Shown: in pieces, positions 27,401 to 38,137 of the stretch
Position numbering within the stretch: position 1 is the stretch's first letter
Layout of the letters: each line of letters opens with the position of its first letter
Assembly (NCBI GenBank): GCA_051294905.1
Contig: CM119378.1
Location: 3,102,001 to 3,166,000 of the forward strand
Length of the DNA stretch: 64,000 nucleotides
Origin: Botryllus schlosseri
Lineage: Eukaryota
Direction: 5' to 3'
Made by a program: the position numbers and the translations under genes
Notes under the pieces: model-generated
Seen by the model: the letters and a program-made list of their open reading frames with translations, nothing else
What the model was told of the DNA's origin: nothing
Databases searched by the model: none

Positions 27401-28329
27401 CCATGGACCACCAATCAACCATATCTTTTATAATTAATGACGTCGCGATGACGAGACCACTCTGTAAATCTCGATATGACTGCGGACTGCAGAGTCTTGC
27501 ATATTTTAGCTTTATTTTGACAATTTTCGTTGCCCACTTCATCCTAACTCAAACGTTACAGACAAATCTACCTTAGAAAGGTTGCACAATGCACTGTAAA
27601 CCCCTGTTTTATTTCGATATCAGCACAATTTTCTCAAGACACTCTGATGCACCTAGAGCTACCACAACACCGCACATCGAAGGTTGAATAATGGTATTAA
27701 CTTAGCAGCTATTCTTTCCCTTTCTCACGATCTCATCACAATACCGTATATAGTAGGCGCGGAACGGTCAGATTACCAGGTCGTTAATCTCATGTAAATC
27801 AATACTCAAAGCATATCTTCTGACCGAAATGACATGCACCCATGCTCACATTGCGTGTTGTATTCATGATATCTACAAATATTTTTCTCAAGCAATGACG
27901 CAGCGTCAAACAAGCCGAATAGTGGGGCGTCGGGCGACTCTTTGTTGCCTAGTGGCCGGAAGGAACACGGACAAACGGTAAGCATCGTCGCATTGTATAA
28001 AACACAACTTATAAACTCCCTATAAACCATGTACGGATTAGACCAGGGGTTCATAACCTTGGGTCCATGTATGTTGTATAATCGCAGTACGCGGAAATAT
28101 TGGCTCTCACTGCTCGCTCGATTCATTAAATTTGGCAATCGATTTGGATTCGTGCTTTCGAATGTCCTGCTCTATTTACGATTCTAGTCACCGTCCGGTA
28201 TAGGTCATCTGGAGGCTGTTGTACACATGTAATGTGCACTTGTGCAGTGATTCTCTCGGTAATCTCGTCATTTTAATCTTCCAGGATACCACACCTTACA
28301 GCAGTATGGAGATGCCGAATATGCCATAG
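21417..28329 (+). CDS. Type I membrane receptor paralogue 2 (338 aa predicted; tail ends DTTPYSSMEMPNMP)
   Basis: Exons 21417-21465, 22173-22379, 24584-24850, 25408-25494, 25561-25692, 26942-27086, 27893-27977, 28285-28329; open frame across GT-AG junctions; TM AVVIIIIAVVVVVVVAVAIAVAVLI followed by KKK; AATAAA at 29151. Confidence 0.82.
22991..24315. mobile_element. Intronic hAT-type MITE
   Basis: TIRs CAGTGGTTCTCAACC / GGTTGAGAACCCCTG; perfect TSD AATAAGAG. Confidence 0.9.
23111..23635. mobile_element. hAT-type MITE nested within 22991-24315
   Basis: TIRs CAGAGGTGGGCA / TGCCCACCCCTG; perfect TSD ATCTAATA. Confidence 0.9.
25775..26291. mobile_element. Intronic hAT-type MITE (TAGGGCT TIR)
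   Basis: TAGGGCTAGGCA…TGCCCAGCCCTA; TSD CAATTAAG/CCATTAAG; subterminal TCGAGTA-like repeats. Confidence 0.8.
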
Positions 28330-30434
28330 ATTGGGTGAATCTGCGAGCTGCTGCTGCCAACTCATGCAGTCGACAACGTTCACGAATGTACTCTTGCACA
28401 AGAACTAGGCGTGGTATTAGTGCGGGAGAGTCGGACCACTCATAAGGACACTGGTCAGTGTTCCGATATATCCGTGCGATTGCTCTTCGACGACATGCTT
28501 TTTAATTGCTTCGATACTGTTTTCCATACTGTGCTTTTGTGTAAATAATACGATCCGCTATAATCCGCTCACTTTTGGCCGAATTAAGCGTGGTAACGGC
28601 TTTGTGCGAGTTCGTAAAGGCACACACCGTATTTAAGATACGGTACGGATGTGTAATAAATTGGCTGTAGCTGCGCTACATGGCGCAGATCGCATAAAAT
28701 GCACCTCAGTAATACCTTCATATTAGTTGTATTGTACATTATTTTTAATACCAAACCATTCAGCAAATACTGTGTACTGTATTATTGTGTAACGCATATA
28801 GGGTTCGATTACTACTTTTTGATGTCCCCACTGTCAGGAAGCGTCTTTACTTTTTTTCCTTTAGTTTAGTGAGCAATTTCACTTCTTCTGCTAAACTTTA
28901 CAGTACCAATTTATTCTGCTAGATGATCGCAATTGTGCCCAATTAAAAGCGACCATAAAGCTGACACAGCCTTGTATAGGTTTACTGTCGATGTTACTGC
29001 ATGTAACATCATTCACTATAATCACTGATCTTGTGTTAAAACGAACGAAGTACTATTTATTGTGTCGCAACCTGATGATAGGAATTGCAAGCCTGTGTCC
29101 GTGTGTACGTGTTACTTTCTGTTTTTTTTCGTTCCTAAGCATTTTGATCGAATAAAGCGATTGTCCGTGTTATGCAGTGTCCGAATTTAGCTGAGTCGAC
29201 TGTATTGGCTTAGTATTGCAGCGCACTGTGTTACCAATAGCATAGGACGAGATAGTGATTAGAACAAAGGTCTCAAACACGAGGCCCGCCAGAGCATTTC
29301 GTGCAGCCCGCGACAACATTTCATATTTTCATTAATTTTACAACATATAAGTCCCACATATATCTTTTCAAGTTGTAAAGGGAAGATTCCCTCTTAAATT
29401 GATCCGATAGCCGAAAACTATTCATCCAACTTCACTATCCGCGACCATATAGTAGAGCTTCCCTATTTCGCAACATTTCCAATTCACGATGATAAACCCT
29501 GACTCTTAGACGATAGTCGTTTATAGCACTATGCTTCGACGATTCGTGACTGGAATTTTTGAGTTAGACTTGGACGCGACCTTTACTAGAATTACTCAGA
29601 CTCGGGCTGACTCGATGGCCAAATGAAAATGACCGGAGTGGACTCTGATGAACTCGGAAATCTGTGAACTGGTTAGAACCATGGACGCAACAAACTATTC
29701 GCGTGTCATGGGAATAGTAATAGATCAGAAGGTCGCAGCTTGGCATTTCGCTAACTAAGCAAGCAGTTGTGGCAACCATTGGCAATCTGTTAGTTACATC
29801 TTGGGTCGCTCGGAGCTTATATGGGCTCCTCATCGCCGACCCCACTGCAATTGCAGTGACTTGAAAAGCCCAGAAACGACAGTGGGTCGAGCTATAAGTC
29901 GACGACAAAAGAACCGATGAAATCATTGAAGATGCAGAGACTGCTGATGGAGTGCAAAAAGCAATTGATCATGAAGAAATGCATTGAACTGTGTGATAAA
30001 TGTGATGTCGTGGAGCACGAAGCCTTAATCCGGCTATAAGCACCACTGTTGTGTGTTGTAATAATAATAATAATAATCTTGGGTCGCTAAACCATGTTAT
30101 TAATGCCACTTAAAGGTACCGAGTATACCGTAGTGGTACGCTCCAACGATGTAACGATGTTGTTCGGCGTTCCGATATTTCTATAACTTATATGACACAT
30201 TCATTATTAGATTTATATTGTTATTTTTCTGCTCCAATATTCGAAGGTATTTGACCATGAGCTTAATAACCCACTTATCAGGACTATACCCGAGTCCTGG
30301 ATTCGGATACACTGCTAAACCCCAAATGCTGTGATAGAAGATCAATCTCTATTATCAATCTGTTAGATTCAGAATATTCATAGTAGCTGCAAAATTATAA
30401 CGTGATAGCTTTTGCGATAACAATATATAATTGT

Positions 30435-31549
30435 TAGGGATGGTGTGAACGTGAGGTTCACGTTCGCGTTCTGTATGTGAACCTCGGAAATTTAGAGGTT
30501 CGCGTTCACAACAGAACCTTGGTAGGTTCTGCACTGTGAACCTTTTTGGTAAATTGTAATTTGCACTTCATTATAAGATATTTGGTTCAAATTTATTGCA
30601 TTTCAACTGCGGGTCACTCTATGCATGGCGCTGGCAGCATAAAATAATCAACACTAAACGAACACGCACCCTGACAACCTTAAAAGTTTTACCGGTACTT
30701 GCTTTTTTGTTACCAAAAGTTGCCGAAAGCTCGTGTAACTAATAAAGTTATATTCATACAAGTGGACGTTAAATAGGGTGTGGAAACTATCAAGGTCTTA
30801 CGTTTATATATATCGTTTGCTATCGGCGCAACAAAGTATTCAAAAATTTATCGAAATATCCAGCTTATCGTTTGTGAATATTTAGTGACTCTCTGCTGTG
30901 AGCTTGACCCGCAATCACACAACATCACGAGCGATATACGTAGTAAGCGAATGATGCTTATTCAACCAATCAATGACATTGATATCGTTTTCTGATGTAA
31001 AAAATCGAGCGGGCGTACGGGGTCAATCTCGACTTCATATATGTACTGTATTAATAAAACCAAATCCGTGCGATTAAGGTGCTGGCTACTGCTATATAAC
31101 TTGTTGTTTATGGTATCGGTAGCGAGTATAGAAACCCGTTTTACACTCTGCTCAATATCAATGTAGCAATACTCAGATTCCGAACACATTGTCCGGTCTG
31201 GCTAAGACCGTTAAGGCGTAAGCTTATATTCCTTGGCAAGTCCTCGTCGAAATTGTTGGCAAAGCGACGGAATGTATTGATTTTATGAGATTATGATATC
31301 CTTTGATACCCCCGGTTGATACATTTAGCGACGTTTAAAGAGCCAATATGTACTTACGCAATGCGACATTATGTGGTCCGAGTCTTCGCAGGGTATCGTG
31401 TACATTAATATAGGCTATCACGTCATTGAAAAAAAGGTTGGAATTAGCAATATGACGTCCCGAGGTTCACGTTCGTCTTCACACAGAACCTTTCTAAAAG
31501 GTTCGCGTTCACACGAACCCGAACCTTTCAGAGGTTCACACCAATCCTA
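30435..31549. mobile_element. Complete non-autonomous hAT-type element (TAGGGATGGTGTGAAC TIR)
   Basis: Perfect 8-bp TSD ATAATTGT; further copies or fragments at 1-361, about 32860-33615 (inverted), 33960-34130 and 34575-34840. Confidence 0.9.
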
Positions 31550-32099
31550 ATAATTGTCCGCTCACATGGCGTCTATATCTTATAATTAGTATATATCAAA
31601 AACAACAACACTTCTATTCAAATAGTTATAAATGTGATAATTTTTTTCATGCCAGGCCTAAATTGATACAAGAGTAAATCCCATTTTTATGATGAGTGTT
31701 GAATGTCAGTCTGTTGGATTGGCTCACCTTCAATACGACAATTTCATCCCGTCAAAAACGGCCTATGGCCTTTGAAAGACATGGAATACCCTCACACTAG
31801 GCCAGTGCTGATTCATTCAAAATTGCTTTTCACCATGAGCACGAAACAATATACTCGAAAGCAATTTCTTACTTCGGCTTCAATGGGGTAATACCTTACC
31901 TGTCGATTTCGGATACTCGCAACATCAACAGGTTAGACAACAGCGACGTAATTGATAAACGGCCCTAGAATACGTGAAACAGATAAACAGTTTCGAATCA
32001 TTACAGTTAACGCCAGTACATTACGAGGCATGATGATCAACACGAAAAGGTAATCACCGTTAAACTGAAATCAGAACCAATTTAAGATACAATATTCAC

Positions 32100-32805
32100 A
32101 TCATTCACATTTATGGGATCTTGATTTGGAGACCTGCTGGGAAAAACCATCTGCAGAAATCGCAAGTCTTGCAAAACCGATCGAGCCATGCGAATTTCCT
32201 GTCGGAAATCTAGAGATCTGATAACTGTAATAGGATGTATCGAAGCGTTGGGATATTAAAAGTGGAAGACATTTTCAAATTTGAGGTAATGAAATTTATG
32301 CATAGCTATCACCAGAGTGAATTGTCACTATATTTTGATAATTTGTTCAACTTACCTTCAGATTCCCACCAACATCATACCAGATTTTCTTCTAACTTGT
32401 CTCCGTCTGTGCAACACAACTCCTCCAGTCTAGTGCAAAATTCAATCAGTTTTATTGGTGTCAATACTTGGAATAAGTTACCACCTAATCTACGTAATTT
32501 GGACTCTTGTGCATTAAAAAAAAAACAATGTTTCCATTCTCTTATCTCTAACTTCCGCTATATTGTATTTGCATTGTATTTCGAACTGTTCCATGATGCT
32601 GTGTGCTGTTTTTCTTTTCGTTCTTTATTCGTTATCAACAGTGAAAATAGCTCCTGTCCTGGATCGATCGGCTCTGAAGACTTTGTCATATCGAGCCTCC
32701 AGTCTACCTTGCATGTCACATATCACTGTTACATTTTTGTAGTGTGATGTTGATTTGTAATGTAGACGAATAACGATTCTCTCTCCATCTCTCTCTATCC
32801 CTCTC
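32100..32805 (+). mobile_element. 3' fragment of a second CR1/L2-like LINE family
   Basis: ORF2 C-terminal-like peptide (ILKVEDIFKFEVMKFMH…HQHHTR…SISFIGVNTWNKLP) followed by a UTR and a CT-rich tail. Confidence 0.75.
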
Positions 32806-32859
32806 AACGTGGGGAGCATTCGCATACAACGGGTGGGCATTCAACAAAACTTTCAGAAA

Positions 32860-33615
32860 AACATAGCGATATATTCACTATAATAATCCCATAAAATCAA
32901 TAACTTCCGTCGCTTTGCCAACAATTTCGACGATGACTTTCAAGGGAATATAGGCTTACGCCTTATTAACGGTCTAGGCCAGACCGGACCATGTATTCGG
33001 CGTCTGAGTGTTGCTACGTTGATATTGAGCAGAGTGTAAAACGGGTTTTACCCCATTAATAAGTTATACAGCAGTAGCCAACACCCAATCGCACGGATTT
33101 GGTTTTTATGATAGAATATAGATGTGAAATCGAGATGGACCCCGTACACTTGCTCGATTTTTTACATCAGACAACGATAACAATTTCATTGATTGGTTGA
33201 ATAAGCATCATTCGCTGACTACCTATAGGCTATGCAGCATGCAGCGTATTTAGCTCTTGATGTTGTGTGATTGCGGGTCAAGCTCATAGCAGACAGTCAC
33301 TAAATATTCACAAACAGAAAGCTGGATATTTCGAGAAAACTTTTGTAGCAAAGCAGGTAACATTTTTAAGATTGTCAAGATTCATGCGCTCGCTTAGTGT
33401 TGATTTTTTATGCTGCCAGCGACGTGCATAGAGTGGCCCGCAGTTGAATTGCAATAAATTTCAACCAAAGATGTTATATTGACGTGAAAATTGTAATACA
33501 TGAAAAAGGTTCACAGTGCAGAACCTGCCAAGGTACGTTTGTGAACGTGAACCTTTAAATTAACGAGGTTCACACACAGAACGCAAACGTGAACCTAACG
33601 TTCACACCATCCCTA
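32860..33615 (-). mobile_element. Inverted partial copy of the 30435-31549 family
   Basis: Reverse-complement similarity; ends GTTCACACCATCCCTA. Confidence 0.8.
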
Positions 33616-34140
33616 GTGGACACCCTTCTGCGAGTGGGTGTATCTGCTACACTTTTACAAGCTATCGCGTAGTGCCCAGTAATCCCCCATTTGAAACATA
33701 TGGAAGAGCGTCAGCGATGTATTTTTCCATACCATACCGCTGAATGTCCATACCATACTTTTCAGTAAAAATGTGACGTCAAACAAACACGTCACGTTTA
33801 CGTGGTGTTTTACAGTAGACATCGTATATCTTGCGATGTGGGCCTACTCTACATGAACTACATCAAAATCACGTAGGGCAAAAGGCCGCCATGCGATAAG
33901 CGCCAAATCCTTTTGTTCAACGAACAAACAAACCTCAAAATAAAGCTATACAGTATAGCCAACACCGGGGCGGATTTGGTTTTTGTGATACAGTAAACAT
34001 CAAATCAACATAGATCCCGTACGCTTGCTATATTTTTTACATTAGTCAACGATGCATTCTTTACATCAATTTCGTTGATGTCAATCATAGATAATAATTG
34101 ATATTCTAATTCACGTTCACGCCATCCCTATTGACTATTA

Positions 34141-34515
34141 CAGGGTTACCATATTTTGATATCCGTGAAAGAGGACACTTTTTACATCTGACATTAACAT
34201 GCAATGAAACGGGAGATTCTTACGGAAAATAGTGATCGGTCGTGGGTTGACTAAAAAAATAAAGGCCATTTTCCGAGCAGGTGCCCAAAAACTGGTTTTC
34301 AATTGTGTAGAAAGCCAGTTTTCACGCGTCATTTCTGCCGATATAATTATTTTTAGTTGTCTGTATGTCATCAGATCACTGAACAGTGAATACTCACGGT
34401 AATAAAAGAGGATGAATTGCGAAAAAAAGGACATTTGGGTGTCCTCCGAGTATATTCCCGTTTTCTTAAAAAAAAAAGAGGACAAATCCTCGTAGAAGAG
34501 GACCTATGGCATGCC
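34141..34515. mobile_element. TAGGGTTACCAT-family MITE (other copies 10973-11267, 48769-49092, about 52532-52790, 54175-55169)
   Basis: Shared AGGGTTACCAT / ATGGTAACCCT termini and GGAC/GTCC subterminal motifs. Confidence 0.65.
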
Positions 34516-34919
34516 TGCTCCCACTGTTTATGAGGTAATATATGTAGCAAATATTGACACCGTTTTTGTCACTCTGATCAACATCAATGTAGCAATAGTC
34601 TGACGCCTTAAGAAAGAACACATTGTCCGGTCTAGCCTAGACCATTAAGGCGTATGAGATTATATTCCCATGCAAGTCCTCAATTGTTGGCAAAGCAACG
34701 GAAGACATTAATTTTATGGAATCATTATACCATTTCATTGTTCCAGTGATACCTTCTGTTCTGCATAAAATATTCAGTAGGTACTTCAGCATTGTCGCAT
34801 AATGTGACCCGAGTCTACGCTAGGGTTCGTGTATATTAATATATTACTTTAAAACGGACGTCAAGGGGCTGATTTACGGTTCTGACGGGAACAAGCACAG
34901 AGTTCGGGTTTCGCACGAC

Positions 34920-35161
34920 GGAATCAAAAGCGCACAAGTAGGCCCCTACAACACACGCGCGTCCACGTCGTCCAAATATCATATGATCAACCGAAAAGGT
35001 CATCGCTCTATAAAATATGCCGGACCTAATGTGTGGAACAGTATCCCGCTGGCCATCCGACAGTCGACGAGCATGTCCACATTCAAGTCGAAATACAAGC
35101 AATTACTATTAAATAAATACAGTCTATCATCAAGATTACCGGACCACGACTGACCTATCGA
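34920..35161 (+). mobile_element. Internal fragment of the CR1/L2-type LINE
   Basis: Matches about 43282-43514; cut off by the MITE starting at 35162. Confidence 0.85.
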
Positions 35162-36420
35162 CAGAGGTGGTCAAAGTAGTCAATAAAGCTACTCAAGTAG
35201 AAGTAGTAGTAGCGACTAAAAAATCTACTCAAGTACAAGTAGAAGTACTTCTTCAACAAGCCACCTAAAACTACTTGAAGTAGAAGTAGAATTGACCGAC
35301 TTTAAATCTACTCAAGTAAGTAAGTAGTTTTGAAAACAGTCTTAATTCGTTCGCATGGACTGTCAAAAGCTGCAAATTGAGCTGTGCAGAAGGTGCAAAG
35401 AATAACTTGATTCGTATTGATGCATCCCAGGAGGTATCAATTGTCGGCAAAATAAGCATTCTCTCGCATCGCGGGATGCAAATTATAGTATTGATATGAA
35501 AATGCGATACTAACCCTTTGTTTACTAGAAGGCCCCGTTTTAGATAATATCATGGCATGGTGCCCTAGCCCTACCCCATATTATAAGGCCCCAATTTTAG
35601 GCGAAGAGCAAACGGAGAAGTTGTATCGGATACGGTTTCAACACTTTGTGAGATTAGTATACGTTAATAAAAAATATTGTGGATCGTAATATTTACATTG
35701 AGTGTATCTTTATTTTCGGATAATAGAGGCATTACTACACTTGCTTTTATGCTTCAACATGTAGCCTATTTTCTGCAGACAAACAAACTGAAAGTAATTA
35801 GAACTGAAAGTATGATACTCGGAATTGAAAGTGTAATACAAATACCACTTAAAAAGAGCGGAAAATATATTTATGTCTTTGTCCATAAAGCTTCAAAGGT
35901 GATCTGCTAAAACAGGTGTAACGTTAAAAAAGCTGGATTTTCCAGATTAGTTGGACACGTCATGGGCTGCTCGATAACGATATGATAGGTAATTGCTTGA
36001 TTGTAAAACGGGAGTTTCAAACGTTATGGTGGGCCATGTTTACTGTGATGAAATATTTGATATAGGCGACAATGCGGTGTGAGCGGGACCAAGCAATCCG
36101 GTACCTAAATTATATTTACTGATACTTTCGTGAAAAAATATTTGCCACTCCATAACTGCTGTGCGCGAAGCGCAAAAAAATGTTTGGGCTTTTATACTTG
36201 ACTTTTATGAATATTCAATGTTGGTACTCCGTGAAAACAGCCCCAAAATTTCTCAGGCTATCTGTCGTATTGGGGGAATAAACTACTTCTACTTGACAAA
36301 CTAAAAATAGCGAAAAGTAAGTAAGTAGATCACTAAATATTACGAAGTAGAAGTAGAAGTAGAGAAAATCAGATCTACTTGAGTAAGTACCAGAAGTATA
36401 GGAAAACTACTTGAGTTTTG
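35162..36420 (+). mobile_element. hAT-type MITE, CAGAGGTGGTC family (right end truncated)
   Basis: AGTAGAAGT-rich subtermini; colinear with 38610-39911. Confidence 0.8.
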
Positions 36421-37001
36421 AAATCTCGCCAGAGCAATAAAACTGCTCCGAAATAGCCATGATGACTGTTTGGGTCCGTTTCATAGCCATAGTATTCGTG
36501 CGGCCCCGACCGTACTCTGAAATTCTAAATTTGGCCCTCACACCGAAAAAGTTTGGGAACCACTGAGCTAGTCAATCTCAATAACTAATTTTCATAACTA
36601 CATGGATGAAAGTCGGTTGTCCCGACACTTAGAACAGGATGGAGAGTTGAATCTGTGAGCAGTGATCTGTTTATAGATTTACTGATTTTATTTTTGGCGC
36701 AACTCCTGGGCACACAATGCTGACAGCGTCATAAGCATGTTAGCTTCAAATACTCTCCCACTGAATTATATAGATTTGCTAAATATAAATACTTCTGCAC
36801 ATACAGAGAACGAATCAACCTGGCACAAGCGCGAATAGGTGTTTCCACGTATAGCACTAAAAGTCATCAACTTGCTGGAGAGATTCAAAAGTCATTCCCG
36901 TTTTGATAGTCTGTGATGTTTAGCAGTTGAAGTGAAACCTTTTTAAATGCGTGGGCCTTGAGGTCGGGCTATCGCGCCAGCAATGAAATAAAAATAGACA
37001 T

Positions 37002-37140
37002 GCCGGTGACGTCATACTTTGTGGTACGATTATTGATGTACAATGATCCTGCCAGTTCTCTTCTAGATGCTGACGATTACCCCTGACGAGTGTCAGCCGA
37101 AAATATTCGGGTTAATTTCAATATGAATATACTATTGAAT
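37002..37140 (+). mobile_element. 139-bp hammerhead-bearing retro-insertion (Penelope-end/retrozyme-like)
   Basis: 13-bp direct repeat TAAAAATAGACAT at 36989-37001 and 37141-37153; paralogous host copy has a single TAAAAATAGAC at 47995-48005 and no insert. Confidence 0.8.
37069..37116 (+). ncRNA. Minimal type I hammerhead ribozyme, copy B
   Basis: AUUACCC-CUGACGA(37083-37089)-G-UGUCAGC-C-GAAA(37099-37102)-AUAU-UC^GGGU(U)AAU; predicted cleavage after C37108. Confidence 0.8.
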
Positions 37141-38137
37141 TAAAAATAGACATTATAGTCAGAATATAACATATATTTATCGTGGTGGAATATAATAAGA
37201 AAAAGTTTAATCGTACGCATTTATCAATATTCAAATACATTTCTTGAACCGTTGGTGGGCCACGCAAAACGGTGTTGCGGGCTGCATGCGGCCCGTGGGA
37301 CGTAGTTTGTTCGCCCCTGAGTAACATGACACCTTGTTTCATGGCTCAGATTATGCTTCTATAGTTCTATATACGAGATTGATGATAGGCCTATACTATT
37401 TAAGAAGAGACGAGGCGTTCCCAAGTACACAAGTAGAAATTTACTCAGATGTTGCTGTATAAACAATGCAATGAAACCACAGGACGTACATAGCCATTCG
37501 CATAGTCATAAGGACTACTACACCGAAATACCGCCGGTCTAAATAAATTGCAGATTTTTCGAATAAATTTTCCCATAATATTGCTGTACAAAGTCATGCA
37601 TATTTTAGAGTTATTTTGACCATTCTTTTAGCTCACTTAATCTTAGACAGGCTAAATTGGAATGATTACACGATGCATACCCCTGCCCCAGTTCGATATC
37701 AGCACGCTAGGTGTCACTGTAGAACAGTGATTCCCGACATTGACTTCTGAATATCCCACAAAATTATAACAGATAGTTGTTGTTGTTTCCATGAATAGTT
37801 CTCGGCAATGTCTGTGAATGAATGCCAACATAACGTAATTAGTTATGTCTAACCCGCTCAAGGTTGCTTCTGAAAACCGGGAAGAGAATTCCTGCAGACT
37901 AGCATCAAACGCATGGATGAATTCCTGTCACATAAAGTTATATCCTTAGTTCTACTGGGGATAGACCTTTGTAGGTTGTCCCTGTGAAAAGCACATGGCC
38001 ATACAATTTGACTATCACCAAAATAACAGCTTCTAGTCAAGTATAAATCGCAATAAGTTTAATATTCCTCAGCGTATACTCCTGAGGAGCTATCACATAA
38101 CGATGTATATATTACGTTGTAGAAATGATATCTGAAT

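Larger units (their letters stand above)
36566..37319 (-). mobile_element. Deleted hAT transposon retaining a transposase C-terminal remnant; second copy about 47510-48159
   Basis: Minus-strand peptide KSINRSLLTDSTLHPVLSVGTTDFHP resembles the hAT C-terminal dimerisation region; terminus …CGCCCCTG; colinear with 47510-48159. Confidence 0.65.

Noticed and set aside
27639..27690. Candidate extra tail exon (AG|ACACTCTGATGCACC…) in paralogue 2
   Set aside because: No donor in the required phase, runs into TGA, and has no counterpart in paralogue 1.
29640..29665. CTGATGA…GAAA hammerhead-like string (also at 50942)
   Set aside because: No stem II closing pair, no stem I complementarity and no correctly placed UH.
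35162..35330. AGTAGAAGT repeats (and ATCCGG repeats at 46613-46881) as CRISPR or satellite
   Set aside because: Irregular MITE subterminal motifs in a eukaryotic context, with no repeat-spacer periodicity.
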